A stretch of DNA of 64,000 bases from Prochlorococcus sp. AG-355-B18 (GCA_003280965.1 QCDI01000001.1:96001-160000), one strand, 5' to 3'. Shown: positions 47,326 to 59,497, numbered from the stretch's first letter. Notes: generated by a model not told the origin, from the sequence alone. Made by a program: numbers and translations.

Positions 47326-48234
47326 TTAATCCTTTATATTTGAAAAGCTTTCTGATTTAATTGACTCTTTTTCATTAATATCACTGATAATATTATCATT
47401 AGAGTTTGTCTTATGGGATATGGCATTTTTACTTAAAGTTGATTTACTATTACCCATAGAGTTTTGATTTCCAATCAAATTTTCGAGAAGTTCTTGTAAT
47501 CGACTGCTAGTAATTGGCCTCTCAAGCTTCCCCTGGTTTGCTAATGATAACGTACCTGTTTCTTCAGAAACAACTATACAAATACACCTATCAAATCTTT
47601 CCGTAATTCCTAATGCAGCTAAGTGTCTCGTGCCATATCTACTAATTCCTTGCCTTGAGAGAGGCAGTATTACTCCAGCAGATATTATTTTATTACCTTT
47701 AACAAGAACTGCCCCATCATGTAGAGGTGTATCTGTTGCAAAAAGATTTATCAAAAGGTCAGTAGATAGTTGAGCTTCAATATTTGTCCCTGAATATAAA
47801 AAATCTTCAGGCCTCAAATCACTACCTAAATCTACTACGATTAAAGCTCCTTTTTTATTTTTGGAGAGTTTACCAGCAGCATCAACTAACTGAATAATAG
47901 TAGTTGAAGTTGCTCTAAATTCTTTTGGAGGGTTTCCTAGTAAGACTGCTAGCCTTCCAGTCCCTAATAATTCCATTAATCTTCTTAGTTCTCCTTGCCA
48001 AAGTATTGCTAAGGAAAGAGAGCAAGCGAGTACTACAGCATCAATTAATTTTGATGTTAATGGGAGGTAAGCATATCTTTGTATAAACCATGCTGATGAA
48101 ACTAAAAATAAATATCCTCTCAAAAGCCATAATGTCCTCTGTTCTTTAACTCTAGAAAATAATAAAAGTCCAAACCCAACAGCAAATAAGACATCTAATA
48201 AAAGCTTTAAATTTATAAACCCCCAGAAATTCAC
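47326..48234 (-). CDS. cdaA: Diadenylate cyclase
   Basis: N-terminal TMs, LHDGA, GTRH.AA, VSEETG. Confidence 0.92.
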   Translation of the reverse strand: MNFWGFINLKLLLDVLFAVGFGLLLFSRVKEQRTLWLLRGYLFLVSSAWFIQRYAYLPLTSKLIDAVVLACSLSLAILWQGELRRLMELLGTGRLAVLLGNPPKEFRATSTTIIQLVDAAGKLSKNKKGALIVVDLGSDLRPEDFLYSGTNIEAQLSTDLLINLFATDTPLHDGAVLVKGNKIISAGVILPLSRQGISRYGTRHLAALGITERFDRCICIVVSEETGTLSLANQGKLERPITSSRLQELLENLIGNQNSMGNSKSTLSKNAISHKTNSNDNIISDINEKESIKSESFSNIKD

Positions 48235-48262
48235 ATCAAAATCAAAATTAATCTAAATGTAC

Positions 48263-49636
48263 CTAATTTTGTTTAATAAAGCGATCAGGTAAGACATCAT
48301 ATTTTAGAAGATCTAAAGGACTTTCTCTTTTTTGAATAATCTCAGCTTCACCATCACAAACTAAAAGAGTAGCTGGTCTAGGAATCCTATTATAATTTGA
48401 ACCCATAGAGTTATTGTATGCACCAGTACCAAAAACACATATTAGATCTCCTGTTTTGCAATTTGCTAGCTCTATCTCTTTAAACAATACGTCTCCTGAT
48501 TCGCAGTGCTTGCCAGCGATAGTAAATTTATTTTTGGAATTTATATTGAAAGGATTTCTAACCAAACATGCAGAATAACTTGATTGATATGTTATTGGTC
48601 TTGGATTATCACTCATCCCACCGTCGACAGATAAATATGTTCTGATCCCAGGAATTTTTTTAAAGGCTCCTATTTTATAAATTGTAATTCCTGAAGTAGA
48701 TACAATAGATCTTCCTGGCTCACACATCAATGTAGGTAAATCTAAATTATGTTTATTGCAAGCTTTAAGAACCGAGGTGGAAATTGTTCTTACCCACTCA
48801 TCGATTGAAGGAGGGTCGTCATCTTCTACATATTTAATACCTAAACCTCCTCCTACATTTAGTTTTTCAATGTAATGTCCATATTTTTTGGCGTCTAAAA
48901 TAACACTAACCATTATTTCACCCAGATCCTTATGTGGGTCTAGTTCAAAAATCTGGGAACCGATATGAGCATGTAATCCATTTAATTTAAGATGTTTGGT
49001 ATTACTAATTCTTTGAAATAGGGTATTTAAATATTCAATCCCGAAACCAAATTTGCTATCAAATGATCCTGTCCTTATATATTCATGAGTGTGGCATTCT
49101 ATTCCAGGAGTAAAGCGAATCATTATCTCTAAGTCACGATTAAATGAATTTGAGATTTCTTCCAATCTTTCTAAGTCATAATCGTTATCAACTATTACAT
49201 TAATATTATTTTTAACTGCAAACTCTATTTCTTTGTCTGATTTATTATTTCCATGAAAAACAATTTTCTCGTTTGGCACCCCACCTTTGAGTGCAGTTAA
49301 AAGTTCTCCTTCTGAAACCGCATCAAGTCCTAAACCCTCTGAGGAAACGAGGTTGCTCATGAAGATAGAACTATTTGCTTTAGAAGCATATATTGGAAGT
49401 GATTTTCCAGGATAATATTTCTCCAATGCTTTTTTATAAGCTCTACAAGATTTTCTTAAAGTAATTTCATCCAAAATGTAAAGAGGAGAATCATATTTTT
49501 TAACTAATTCTTCAATTGAGCATCCACCAATTGATAACTTCCCATCACTTCCGATAGATGTAGTAATAGGGACTATGTTTTTGTTTGGACTGTCTACATC
49601 AATCTTTTGTTTTAAGAAGGATTCCTTTTCTTCCAT
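48263..49636 (-). CDS. lysA: Diaminopimelate decarboxylase
   Basis: YASKA, SKFG, HAHIGSQ, EPGR, CESGD. Confidence 0.96.
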   Translation of the reverse strand: MEEKESFLKQKIDVDSPNKNIVPITTSIGSDGKLSIGGCSIEELVKKYDSPLYILDEITLRKSCRAYKKALEKYYPGKSLPIYASKANSSIFMSNLVSSEGLGLDAVSEGELLTALKGGVPNEKIVFHGNNKSDKEIEFAVKNNINVIVDNDYDLERLEEISNSFNRDLEIMIRFTPGIECHTHEYIRTGSFDSKFGFGIEYLNTLFQRISNTKHLKLNGLHAHIGSQIFELDPHKDLGEIMVSVILDAKKYGHYIEKLNVGGGLGIKYVEDDDPPSIDEWVRTISTSVLKACNKHNLDLPTLMCEPGRSIVSTSGITIYKIGAFKKIPGIRTYLSVDGGMSDNPRPITYQSSYSACLVRNPFNINSKNKFTIAGKHCESGDVLFKEIELANCKTGDLICVFGTGAYNNSMGSNYNRIPRPATLLVCDGEAEIIQKRESPLDLLKYDVLPDRFIKQN

Positions 49637-49722
49637 GTGTATATCTTAAATAATGTAATTCTTAATTTGTCATATTTTATAATGACTTTAATTTAAAAAT
49701 TTTAATATTTGTCTACTATAAA

Positions 49723-50163
49723 ATGATATCCATTAAATCTATAAATGAGAAAGATATTGATTTATGTTATGAATTAGATTTAAATACAATTTCGTTATGG
49801 AGTAAGAAGCAGTGGACTAAGGAATTTAAAAAAGAGGGTATAAAAGTCTTTGGGATATTACTTTCAAATAATGTAATAGGGATATGTGTTTTTCATGTGG
49901 TTCTTGATGAAGCTCAAATAAATTTTTTTGCAGTAAGTCATAAATACAGGAAAAAAGGTTTTGGAACTTACCTTATGAGTTATCTAATTAATGAATGTAA
50001 AAAATTAAATATACATAAATTACTTTTAGAAGTCTCTCATACTAATTCTACAGCTGAGAAATTTTATAGTCGCTTTGAATTTTCTACTGTAGGGATAAGA
50101 AGAAATTATTATAAGGACGGTTCAGATGCACTCTTAAAAGAAAAAAAATTAACAACTAAATAA
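49723..50163 (+). CDS. rimI: RimI-like GNAT N-acetyltransferase
   Basis: YRKKGFG, LEV...N, G.RRNYY..G.DA. Confidence 0.85.
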   Translation: MISIKSINEKDIDLCYELDLNTISLWSKKQWTKEFKKEGIKVFGILLSNNVIGICVFHVVLDEAQINFFAVSHKYRKKGFGTYLMSYLINECKKLNIHKLLLEVSHTNSTAEKFYSRFEFSTVGIRRNYYKDGSDALLKEKKLTTK

Positions 50164-50342
50164 TATAAATATTTAATTGTTCGGATAACCAGAATGCTTG
50201 AAATTACTGTAATTTATTGCTATATCACTAAAAAAGTTAAATTTAATTCAATAAATTATATTTTTGGGTATTCACAAAAGCTCATTCTGAACACAAAATT
50301 GACATATTACTGGTAGGTTATTAGTAGGAATATAATCTTCTA

Positions 50343-52871
50343 ATGTTTGAAAGATTTACAGAAAAAGCAATAAAAGTCATCATGCTTGCTCAGGAGGAAG
50401 CTAGAAGACTTGGTCATAATTTCGTTGGAACAGAACAAATTCTACTAGGTTTAATTGGAGAAGGTACAGGGGTTGCAGCAAAGGTTCTTAAATCACTAGG
50501 AGTTAATCTAAAAGATTCAAGAATAGAGGTAGAAAAGATAATTGGTCGAGGTTCAGGTTTTGTTGCTGTAGAAATACCTTTTACCCCTAGGGCTAAAAGA
50601 GTTTTAGAGTTATCCTTAGAGGAGGCTCGTCAATTAGGTCATAATTATATAGGTACTGAACACCTTTTATTAGGTTTAATAAGAGAAGGCGAAGGTGTTG
50701 CAGCAAGAGTTCTTGAAAATCTTAGTATTGACCTTACCAAGGTTAGAACACAAGTTATAAGGATGCTTGGTGAAACAGCTGAAGTGGGTAGTGGAGCAAA
50801 TCCAACTAAAGGTAATTTAAAAACTGCTACTCTCGATGAATTTGGAACAAATCTAACAAAATTAGCTAGTGAATCAAAACTAGATCCAGTTGTCGGCCGT
50901 TATGCGGAAATAGATCGCGTAGTTCAAATATTAGGCAGAAGGACAAAAAATAATCCAGTTCTTATTGGAGAACCTGGCGTAGGGAAAACAGCTATAGCAG
51001 AGGGTTTAGCCCAAAGAATACAGCTTGGGGATATTCCAGACATACTTGAAGATAAAAGAGTTTTGACTCTTGATATAGGCCTTTTGGTTGCTGGAACAAA
51101 ATATAGAGGAGAATTTGAAGAAAGATTAAAAAAGATAATGGAAGAAATCAAATCTGCAGGAAATGTTATTCTTGTCATAGACGAAGTTCATACTTTAATT
51201 GGTGCTGGAGCTGCTGAAGGAGCTATAGACGCTGCAAATATCCTTAAACCAGCCTTAGCTAGAGGAGAACTCCAATGTATTGGGGCTACAACTCTAGATG
51301 AATACAGAAAACATATTGAGAGAGATGCTGCTCTTGAAAGAAGATTCCAACCCGTCATGGTTGGGGAACCATCTATTGAAGATACAATCGAAATCTTAAA
51401 AGGTCTTAGAGAACGTTATGAACAACATCATCGACTAAAAATCACTGATGATGCTCTTGAGGCTGCAGCTCATCTAGGTGACCGCTACATATCTGATAGG
51501 TTTTTGCCTGATAAGGCTATAGATCTTATAGATGAGGCAGGTAGTAGAGTTCGTTTGATAAACTCAAAACTTCCTCCCGAAGCTAAACAAATAGATAAAG
51601 AATTAAGACAGATTCAAAAACAAAAGGAAGAATCTGTAAGGGACCAAAACTTCGATCAGGCTGGTCAATTAAGAGAAAAAGAGATGGAATTGTCTGCAAA
51701 AATCAAAGAGGTACTTGAAAATAAAAAAGAATCTACATCTGAAGATGAATCTATTAACGATACAAACTCAGTAAATAATGATCCAAAACTCATACAAAAC
51801 CCTATGGTTAGTGAAGAAGATGTAGCTCATATTGTTGCATCTTGGACTGGTGTACCAGTACAAAAATTAACTGAAACAGAATCAGTCAAACTTCTCAATA
51901 TGGAGGAAACTCTTCACCAAAGGCTAATAGGACAAGATGAAGCTGTAAAAGCTGTTTCTAGAGCAATAAGAAGAGCAAGAGTCGGTTTAAAGAATCCTAA
52001 TAGACCAATTGCTAGTTTTATATTTTCTGGCCCTACTGGTGTAGGTAAAACTGAATTAACTAAATCATTAGCCTCATATTTCTTTGGCAGCGAAGAAGCA
52101 ATGATTAGGTTAGATATGTCAGAATTTATGGAAAGACATACAGTCAGTAAACTTATAGGTTCACCTCCGGGATATGTTGGATTTAATGAAGGTGGTCAAC
52201 TTACTGAGGCAGTTAGAAGAAGACCTTATACTGTTGTATTATTCGACGAAGTAGAAAAAGCTCACCCAGATGTATTTAATCTACTTTTGCAACTTCTTGA
52301 GGATGGTAGATTAACAGACTCCAAGGGTAGAACTGTAGACTTTAAAAATACCTTACTAATAATGACTTCCAATATCGGTTCAAAAGTGATCGAGAAAGGC
52401 GGTGGTGGTTTAGGATTTGAGTTTTCCGGTGATTCTGTTGAAGATAGTCAGTACAACAGAATTAAATCATTGGTTAATGAAGAACTAAAGCAATACTTCA
52501 GACCTGAATTTTTAAATAGACTTGATGAAATTATTGTCTTTAGGCAACTATCAAAAAATGAGGTTAAAGAAATTGCTGAAATAATGTTGCAAGAGGTTTT
52601 TGCAAGATTACAAGATAAAGGCATTAAATTAGATGTAACAGATGCTTTCAAAGAAAGACTGGTTGAAGAAGGCTATAACCCATCTTATGGAGCAAGACCT
52701 CTAAGAAGAGCTGTTATGCGCTTACTAGAGGACAGTTTGGCTGAAGAAGTTCTTTCGGGAAGAATAAAAGATGGCGATAAGGCTTTAGTTGATATAGATG
52801 ATAATAAAAAGGTAACAATTAATATTTCGTCTGAAGAATCCCCTCAAGAGTTAGCTGGTGCTAATGTCTAA
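50343..52871 (+). CDS. clpC: ATP-dependent Clp protease ATP-binding subunit
   Basis: [10 protein letters not shown]-domain, two AAA modules GEPGVGKT and GPTGVGKT. Confidence 0.97.
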   Translation: MFERFTEKAIKVIMLAQEEARRLGHNFVGTEQILLGLIGEGTGVAAKVLKSLGVNLKDSRIEVEKIIGRGSGFVAVEIPFTPRAKRVLELSLEEARQLGHNYIGTEHLLLGLIREGEGVAARVLENLSIDLTKVRTQVIRMLGETAEVGSGANPTKGNLKTATLDEFGTNLTKLASESKLDPVVGRYAEIDRVVQILGRRTKNNPVLIGEPGVGKTAIAEGLAQRIQLGDIPDILEDKRVLTLDIGLLVAGTKYRGEFEERLKKIMEEIKSAGNVILVIDEVHTLIGAGAAEGAIDAANILKPALARGELQCIGATTLDEYRKHIERDAALERRFQPVMVGEPSIEDTIEILKGLRERYEQHHRLKITDDALEAAAHLGDRYISDRFLPDKAIDLIDEAGSRVRLINSKLPPEAKQIDKELRQIQKQKEESVRDQNFDQAGQLREKEMELSAKIKEVLENKKESTSEDESINDTNSVNNDPKLIQNPMVSEEDVAHIVASWTGVPVQKLTETESVKLLNMEETLHQRLIGQDEAVKAVSRAIRRARVGLKNPNRPIASFIFSGPTGVGKTELTKSLASYFFGSEEAMIRLDMSEFMERHTVSKLIGSPPGYVGFNEGGQLTEAVRRRPYTVVLFDEVEKAHPDVFNLLLQLLEDGRLTDSKGRTVDFKNTLLIMTSNIGSKVIEKGGGGLGFEFSGDSVEDSQYNRIKSLVNEELKQYFRPEFLNRLDEIIVFRQLSKNEVKEIAEIMLQEVFARLQDKGIKLDVTDAFKERLVEEGYNPSYGARPLRRAVMRLLEDSLAEEVLSGRIKDGDKALVDIDDNKKVTINISSEESPQELAGANV

Positions 52872-52886
52872 TTATTCAAAGTAGAT

Positions 52887-53978
52887 ATGCAATCAATCTC
52901 TCCAGAAATTATATTTAGGGGAAATTATGCTTGGCAAAAATCTTTACCTCAAATTACTAAATTAACTAAAAGCCCACTAATTTTAGGTAGAGGTATTCAT
53001 ACGAATAATCTGAGAAATAGAATATTTAATGATTTAAAAAATCAAAACCTCAATGTTAATATTGCTAATTTAGAATTTGATTGTTGTTACGAAGATATTT
53101 CTAGAGTAAAGAATATAATTCTAAAGAATAATAATGATTCTTTAATCGCAGCTGGAGGTGGTAAAGTTTTAGATTCTGGGAAATATATTGCTGATTTTCT
53201 AAATATCCCTTGTATTACAGTTCCTCTTAGTGCCTCTACGTGTGCAGGTTGGACAGCCTTATCGAATATTTATACAAAAGACGGACAATTCATAAAAGAT
53301 GTCCCTTTGGGATCTTGTCCTAAAATCCTAGTATACGATCATAAATTTATTCAAACAGCTCCATCTAGAACACTCGCTAGTGGCATAGCTGATGCTTTGG
53401 CAAAATGGTATGAATCATCAATAACAAGTTCAACAATAGATGATGGTCTTGTTCAACAAGCTATTCAAATATCAAGAGTTCTAAGAGATCAATTATTAAT
53501 AGATGGAGAAAAAGCATTCACAGGTCAATTTGAAAATAATCCTTCTTGGCGAAATACAGTTGAAGCTTGTGGACTTACAGCAGGATTAGTTGGCGGCATT
53601 GGCGGAGAAAAGTGTAGGACTGCTGCTGCACATGCTATTCATAATGCAATTACTCAGATAATTACTCCAAATAAATTCTTACATGGTGAGATTGTTGGGG
53701 TTGGATTATTATTGCAATTAAGACTAGAAGAAATGAAAAATAATAATAAATTAGCTGATCAATTAATTAAACAATTGTTGGTGCTTATGAAGCAATTGAA
53801 TTTGCCTACTACTATTGCACAACTTGGAATAAATGTTTTTGAAAACAATAATTTAGAGAAAATTGCTGCTTTTACTTGTCGAGATAAATCTGAGATTCAC
53901 TTTTTACCTTTTGAAGTTCATAAAAAAGACATAGCGGAAGTTATTGCAAATTTTGAACAACAAAAAATTAAAATTTAA
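52887..53978 (+). CDS. Iron-containing alcohol dehydrogenase family (glycerol dehydrogenase-like)
   Basis: GGGKVLD, GIADALAKWYE, AAHA, LHGE. Confidence 0.88.
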   Translation: MQSISPEIIFRGNYAWQKSLPQITKLTKSPLILGRGIHTNNLRNRIFNDLKNQNLNVNIANLEFDCCYEDISRVKNIILKNNNDSLIAAGGGKVLDSGKYIADFLNIPCITVPLSASTCAGWTALSNIYTKDGQFIKDVPLGSCPKILVYDHKFIQTAPSRTLASGIADALAKWYESSITSSTIDDGLVQQAIQISRVLRDQLLIDGEKAFTGQFENNPSWRNTVEACGLTAGLVGGIGGEKCRTAAAHAIHNAITQIITPNKFLHGEIVGVGLLLQLRLEEMKNNNKLADQLIKQLLVLMKQLNLPTTIAQLGINVFENNNLEKIAAFTCRDKSEIHFLPFEVHKKDIAEVIANFEQQKIKI

Positions 53979-53986
53979 TCATTTTT

Positions 53987-54901
53987 TTGACTAAAACCCA
54001 TTTTGAAAAATTAAATAATTTAAATGTGGAATTTTTTGAAAGTGCAAAATTGTCGCTATTAGACCCATTAGGTCTTTATTTGGCAAACGATGTTAAGTGG
54101 ATAAAACTCAATCAAAATTGGAACTCTTTAGAATTCCCAGTTGTCATTGGAGGAAAAGGTCAACCTATACTTCTCCTTCATGGATTTGACAGTAGTTTTT
54201 TAGAGTTTAGGAGAATATATAAATCATTAAAAAGAAATTTCCAAGTTGTAATTCCTGATCTGCTAGGTTTTGGTTTCAGTCCTAGGTGCGCAACAAATGA
54301 ATACAATTCCTCTAAAATTATTTCGTATTTAGTTGATCTCCTTAAGACCTTACAAATATCAGAAAATCTAAATATTATTGGGGCCTCTATGGGAGGTTCA
54401 ACTGCTTTAAAACTAGCTTTTGAGCTTTCTGATTCTGTTGATAAAATAATCCTTTTATCTCCGGCCGGATTGTTCGGAAAACCTAAGAGAATACCATTTC
54501 CTCTCAACCAAATTGGAGCCTCATTTCTTGGATTACCGCAGGTCAGAAAAAGTCTTTGTAGGCAAGCATTTGCTTTCCCAGATGAATGTGTCGGCGAGAT
54601 GGAAGAGCAAATTGCTTCAATTCATTTAGGTTGTAAAGGATGGAGGAATTCACTTGCATCGTTTGCAAAAAGTGGAGGGTTTGCTGGAACACATAAATAT
54701 ATACAAAATATCCCAATTAAAACAGTATGTGGAGAAAATGATCGTATTCTTGGAAAAAAAGAGATTAAAAATATAAGAAAAATTGAAAAATTAAATTTTG
54801 TAGGATTGCAAAATTGTGGTCATCTTCCTCATGTAGATCAACCATCATTATCTAGTAAAATCATCCAAGATTATTTTTCAGTAAAAAACTTTCTAAATTA
54901 A
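53987..54901 (+). CDS. Alpha/beta hydrolase
   Basis: LLHGF, DLLGFG, GASMGG, GHLPH. Confidence 0.9.
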   Translation: MTKTHFEKLNNLNVEFFESAKLSLLDPLGLYLANDVKWIKLNQNWNSLEFPVVIGGKGQPILLLHGFDSSFLEFRRIYKSLKRNFQVVIPDLLGFGFSPRCATNEYNSSKIISYLVDLLKTLQISENLNIIGASMGGSTALKLAFELSDSVDKIILLSPAGLFGKPKRIPFPLNQIGASFLGLPQVRKSLCRQAFAFPDECVGEMEEQIASIHLGCKGWRNSLASFAKSGGFAGTHKYIQNIPIKTVCGENDRILGKKEIKNIRKIEKLNFVGLQNCGHLPHVDQPSLSSKIIQDYFSVKNFLN

Positions 54902-55755
54902 TTTAAATACTTGAGAATTATAAAAATGTAAAATAAAACAGATGGGGTAAAGATATAACTGTCAATTCGATCAAGAATACCTCCATGTCCCGGTAAAAAA
55001 GTTCCGGAATCTTTTATTTTTGCATCTCTTTTCATCATTGATTCAATTAAATCTCCAACTAATGCCATAAGAGAAATTAAAATTCCATATAAGATTCCAA
55101 CTAATAATGGATTTTCCCAGTTAAGTAAAAATGCAAAAAATATTGCTAATAAAATTGAACAGGATATTCCTCCAATTAAACCTTCTATAGTTTTGCTCGG
55201 AGATATTGGAGAAAGAGATGTTTTACCAAATGACTTCCCAATGAAATAGGAACCAATATCACTTGCTACAATTAAAAAACAAGAAGTTAAAGTTAAATGA
55301 AGACCTGTAGTATTTGATAGGTTTTCAAACGAAATAAAACCTGGATTAGAAATTATTATTACTGAATCTAATTCCCTTAACTTAATCCAGTAACTAGGTA
55401 AAAAACCTAAATATAATAAACCGAAAATAGAGGCTGCAATATCCGAAATGGTCCCAGGTTTTGGTTGCAAAAGTAACCATGTACATATTACAACTGAACA
55501 GATAGGCAAAATTGAATTTGATATTTCCCCTTCAAGCAAACCAATGGTTTCAAGATAGGTAAAAATTATAATAACGAAAGATGAAAATAATGTGGTTTTT
55601 GTGGCTGGTTTTATTCCTTTAAATTCTGCCATTCTAAAAAATTCCAATAATGCTAAATAAGTGAGCAAAGCTATTGCTAATGTAAAAACCCATCCCCCAA
55701 GCAAAACAACAATTAAGCCAAAAATTCCTATAAGTAATCCGCTTCTTAATCTCAT
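54898..55755 (-). CDS. cdsA: Phosphatidate cytidylyltransferase
   Basis: SPSKTIEG, KR...IKDSG..LPGHGGILDRIDS. Confidence 0.95.
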   Translation of the reverse strand: MRLRSGLLIGIFGLIVVLLGGWVFTLAIALLTYLALLEFFRMAEFKGIKPATKTTLFSSFVIIIFTYLETIGLLEGEISNSILPICSVVICTWLLLQPKPGTISDIAASIFGLLYLGFLPSYWIKLRELDSVIIISNPGFISFENLSNTTGLHLTLTSCFLIVASDIGSYFIGKSFGKTSLSPISPSKTIEGLIGGISCSILLAIFFAFLLNWENPLLVGILYGILISLMALVGDLIESMMKRDAKIKDSGTFLPGHGGILDRIDSYIFTPSVLFYIFIILKYLN

Positions 55756-55770
55756 GTCAAATTTATCTCT

Positions 55771-57162
55771 TTATATCACTCTTATATTAAAATTTACTAG
55801 ATCTTTGTTGCATAAACTTTGATTGTTTATCCAGTTAATCCTAGCCATGTCAATTTTTTCTCCAGGAACTATTAGAGGTATCCCAGGAGGATAAGGGCAA
55901 ATAATATCTCCAGATATTTTATTTAATGATTGCGAGAAAGGAATACTTCGAGTCTCACTTCTCCAAGCAATTCCGATTTCAATTTCGGGTGATTGAACTA
56001 ATTTAAATGGAGATTGAGGCACCTCAAAACTTTTTAGTTTTTTGGAATTTAATAGTAATTTATTCCACAATTTTTCAAACAAATTAAGAAAATCTTTGTG
56101 ATTTGCAAATCCTAAGCAAAAAGTGAGAGTCATCATTTCTGGCAATTCAGCAATAAGACCATTTCTATAAAAAAATTTGTCAGCAGTAAAACCATCAATT
56201 CCAACCTTAGAGGTGTTTACCACAATTTTTAAGGGGTCTTGGGTTTCTATGAGAGGAATATTCTTTTGGATTAATGTTTTGTAGATACTTTTTGCTTCTA
56301 AAATTCTTTTTTGATATTTTGATAAACTTTTTTTATTTAGCCAGTCTTTAATAGATTCTTCACAAGAAGAAATTAATAAGGAACTTGGACTAGTAGTTTG
56401 CAACAAATTAATACTCTTCATTAAATTATGCTCATTCACTAGATTTCCTTTGTACCAAAGTACAGCTGTTTGAGTTAAACCATTGAGTGACTTATGCAAT
56501 GATTGAACGACTAAATCAGCGTTTAAAGATAAAGCAGATTTTGGTAAATTGAGGTTTTCACAAAAAAGGAAATAAGAACCATGTGCTTCATCAACTAAAA
56601 CAGGTAAATTTTTTTGATGACAAAGATCTATTAAAGGCTCTAAATCTCCTGCATAACCTTGATAAGAGGGACTAACAAGAATTACACCTACAATTTTATT
56701 CTCATTAAAATTTAATTTTTTAAATACATTTTCTAGCCAAATTTTTGTTATTGGTTTGTAATGGCCTGTTTCTGAGGAAAATTCCAGATCAAAGAATATT
56801 GGAAGTATGTTCTGCATCGCACAGGTTTTGATAACACTTATGTGAACATTTCTAGGCATCAGAATAGTTTCGCCAGGATTTGCCATTGCAATTATCGCTG
56901 ATTGTATTAATCCAGAAGCCCCATTAACTCCAAAAAAACATCCTTTCGCCTCAAATTTTCCAGATAATTCTCTTTGAGATTTATTAATTAATCCGCTTTG
57001 TGATATTGGCGAACCTATCTCTGGAAGTTCAGGCAAGTCCCAATAACCTGGTGGATATTTTAATAATTTCACTAATTTCTTTGGTAAAGCTGCCCCTCTG
57101 CTATGCGCGGGGAAGAAAAGTGACTTTAAAAACTTTTTAGTAAGAAAAGATGAAATCCTCAT
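55771..57162 (-). CDS. Orn/Lys/Arg decarboxylase family PLP enzyme
   Basis: PAH, VNGAS, PRNVH, DEAHG, SLHK, TTSPS, PYPPGIP. Confidence 0.9.
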   Translation of the reverse strand: MRISSFLTKKFLKSLFFPAHSRGAALPKKLVKLLKYPPGYWDLPELPEIGSPISQSGLINKSQRELSGKFEAKGCFFGVNGASGLIQSAIIAMANPGETILMPRNVHISVIKTCAMQNILPIFFDLEFSSETGHYKPITKIWLENVFKKLNFNENKIVGVILVSPSYQGYAGDLEPLIDLCHQKNLPVLVDEAHGSYFLFCENLNLPKSALSLNADLVVQSLHKSLNGLTQTAVLWYKGNLVNEHNLMKSINLLQTTSPSSLLISSCEESIKDWLNKKSLSKYQKRILEAKSIYKTLIQKNIPLIETQDPLKIVVNTSKVGIDGFTADKFFYRNGLIAELPEMMTLTFCLGFANHKDFLNLFEKLWNKLLLNSKKLKSFEVPQSPFKLVQSPEIEIGIAWRSETRSIPFSQSLNKISGDIICPYPPGIPLIVPGEKIDMARINWINNQSLCNKDLVNFNIRVI

Positions 57163-57223
57163 AAAGTATTAATAAGGAATATAGAATATGCTGAATGAGA
57201 TTCTTTGATTTTTTTTAAAATTA

Positions 57224-58882
57224 ATGACACAAACTTATTCGAAATACTCGGCAAAAGGTGACTTAATTTGGTTGCTTTTGAGACCATGGATTTTTATACC
57301 AAGAGTTTTATATATCCTTTTAACTTTTATTTTTCTTTTTTTAAGACTCCTTTTTCAAGGTAACAGTAAAAATAAAAATGTACAGAAAAATATCTCAAAA
57401 TACCTCTTCGATGTAATAACAGATTTAGGACCATGTTTTATAAAATTAGGTCAAGCACTTTCAACTAGACCAGACCTTGTTAGGCAAGACTGGCTTACAG
57501 AATTAACAAACTTACAAGATAATCTTCCACCATTTGACCATAAAATTGCTTTAAAAATAATTGAAGAAGAACTTGGTGCTCCTGCTGAAGAATTATTTGA
57601 TGAGTTTCCAGATAGTCCTATTGCTTCAGCGAGCCTGGGGCAAGTCTATAAAGCAAAAACAAAAAATAATTCTTATCTCGCGGTGAAGGTCCAGAGGCCC
57701 AATTTGTATTTTCTCATAAGAAGAGATGTCGTTATTTTAAGGCTTTTAGCGACTTTTTTTTCACCTTTTTTACCATTAAATATTGGTGTTGGAATAGGAG
57801 AAATAATAGATGAATTTGGAAAAGCACTTTTTGATGAAATTGACTATGAAAAAGAGGGTGAAAATGCCTTGAAGTTTGCAGATTTATTCAAAAATAATCC
57901 CAACGTTTTTATCCCTAAATTAGAGAAAGCTTTTTCTTCCAAATTGATTATCACAACCTCTTGGATTGATGGAGTTAAATTAAGAGATAGAGCTTTATTG
58001 GAGCAGAATAATTTAATACCTGCTTCTTATATAAAAACTTGTGTAATAAGTGGTCTACAACAATTATTTGAATATGGATATTTTCATGCAGACCCTCACC
58101 CTGGCAATATGTTTGCATTAAAAGGAGGAAACGCAGATAGTGGTAATTTAGCTTATGTTGATTTTGGAATGATGGATACGATTACAAATTCAGATAGACT
58201 TACCCTCATTAAGGCAATTGTTCACATAATAAATGAAGAATATTATCTTCTTGCTAAAGATTTCCAGAAATTAGGTTTTTTAACCGAAGATCAAGACCTT
58301 AAAAAACTTGTTGAACCATTAAAAGAAGTTCTAGGAGGATCCCTAAATGCTGAGGTAGGAAATTTTAACCTAAAAAATGTAACTGATAAATTTTCAAAAC
58401 TAATGTATTCTTATCCATTTAGAGTGCCTAGTAGATTTGCATTAATAATTCGAGCAGTTGTTAGTCAAGAAGGTTTAGCATTAAGACTAGATCCTAATTT
58501 TAAAATATTAAACATCGCATACCCTTACATAGCTAAAAAACTTCTTACTGATAATTCTGAAGAGATTTTAGAAATTCTTTTAGAAGTTGTTTTTGATAAT
58601 AAAGGTAGGATTCAAGTAGAAAAAGTTGAAAGTTTATTGAATATTTTATTTAAAGATTCTAAAAATATTAATTCAGATCTCATTCCAGTTGCTAACGCAG
58701 GTTTGAAATTATTTGTAAGTAGGAAGGGATCTGAAGTCAGGAAGAATCTTCTTTTAAGCCTTATCAAAGATGACAAATTAGAGTTTACAGATGCAAAAAA
58801 ACTCTTAGATTTATTTAGAGATACTTTTAGCCCTTTTAATATTGCAAAAAGTGCAGTTCAAAATATTATTTCTGCAGTTTAG
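57224..58882 (+). CDS. ABC1/AarF/UbiB family kinase
   Basis: IKLGQ, ASASLGQVY, AVKVQRP, HADPHPGN, DFG. Confidence 0.93.
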   Translation: MTQTYSKYSAKGDLIWLLLRPWIFIPRVLYILLTFIFLFLRLLFQGNSKNKNVQKNISKYLFDVITDLGPCFIKLGQALSTRPDLVRQDWLTELTNLQDNLPPFDHKIALKIIEEELGAPAEELFDEFPDSPIASASLGQVYKAKTKNNSYLAVKVQRPNLYFLIRRDVVILRLLATFFSPFLPLNIGVGIGEIIDEFGKALFDEIDYEKEGENALKFADLFKNNPNVFIPKLEKAFSSKLIITTSWIDGVKLRDRALLEQNNLIPASYIKTCVISGLQQLFEYGYFHADPHPGNMFALKGGNADSGNLAYVDFGMMDTITNSDRLTLIKAIVHIINEEYYLLAKDFQKLGFLTEDQDLKKLVEPLKEVLGGSLNAEVGNFNLKNVTDKFSKLMYSYPFRVPSRFALIIRAVVSQEGLALRLDPNFKILNIAYPYIAKKLLTDNSEEILEILLEVVFDNKGRIQVEKVESLLNILFKDSKNINSDLIPVANAGLKLFVSRKGSEVRKNLLLSLIKDDKLEFTDAKKLLDLFRDTFSPFNIAKSAVQNIISAV

Positions 58883-58986
58883 TTTTTTAAAACATATAAA
58901 TTTGCTTATGATTTTTTACTGTCTAAGATAAAATGAATAAATATTTTAAAAATGACTACTCAAATACTTAATAAATTTGAAGCTAT

Positions 58987-59484
58987 ATGATGAATATTTT
59001 GAAAAAATATTTTTCATTTAATAAAAAAATTGAAAATAATAAAATCTTGAATTATGAATTGGTTGATAATTATAGAGAAATTGCGAAATTAGTAAAAGAA
59101 GCAAGAATACAACAAAAATTATCGATACAAGAGTTATCAAGGATTTCAAAAATACCTGAACAAACAATAAATTCTATTGAAAATAATAAAAAAAATATTA
59201 GACCAAAGTTTCCCTTTATAAGATCCATTTTAATAAAACTAGAGGAATGCTTAATATTAAAAAAAAATTCATTAGTAAAATTAGCAACTACAGAAAGAGA
59301 AAACTTTAAGAAAGAAAAACCAAATTTGCTTATAAGAAAATTTGACCTTATTAATACTTGGCAGGGGACTCTTTTTTATTTTTTTATATTAGTAATTACT
59401 ATATTTATTTTAAAAAGATATTTTATTTCAAATGTGCATATTATTGAAATTCAATATATTGAAAATAAAAATATAGAAAAATAA
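58987..59484 (+). CDS. RodZ-like HTH membrane protein
   Basis: XRE-type HTH (EAR...LSIQELS..SKI...INSIE) and C-terminal TM. Confidence 0.75.
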   Translation: MMNILKKYFSFNKKIENNKILNYELVDNYREIAKLVKEARIQQKLSIQELSRISKIPEQTINSIENNKKNIRPKFPFIRSILIKLEECLILKKNSLVKLATTERENFKKEKPNLLIRKFDLINTWQGTLFYFFILVITIFILKRYFISNVHIIEIQYIENKNIEK

Positions 59485-59497
59485 ACTTCAAAAATTC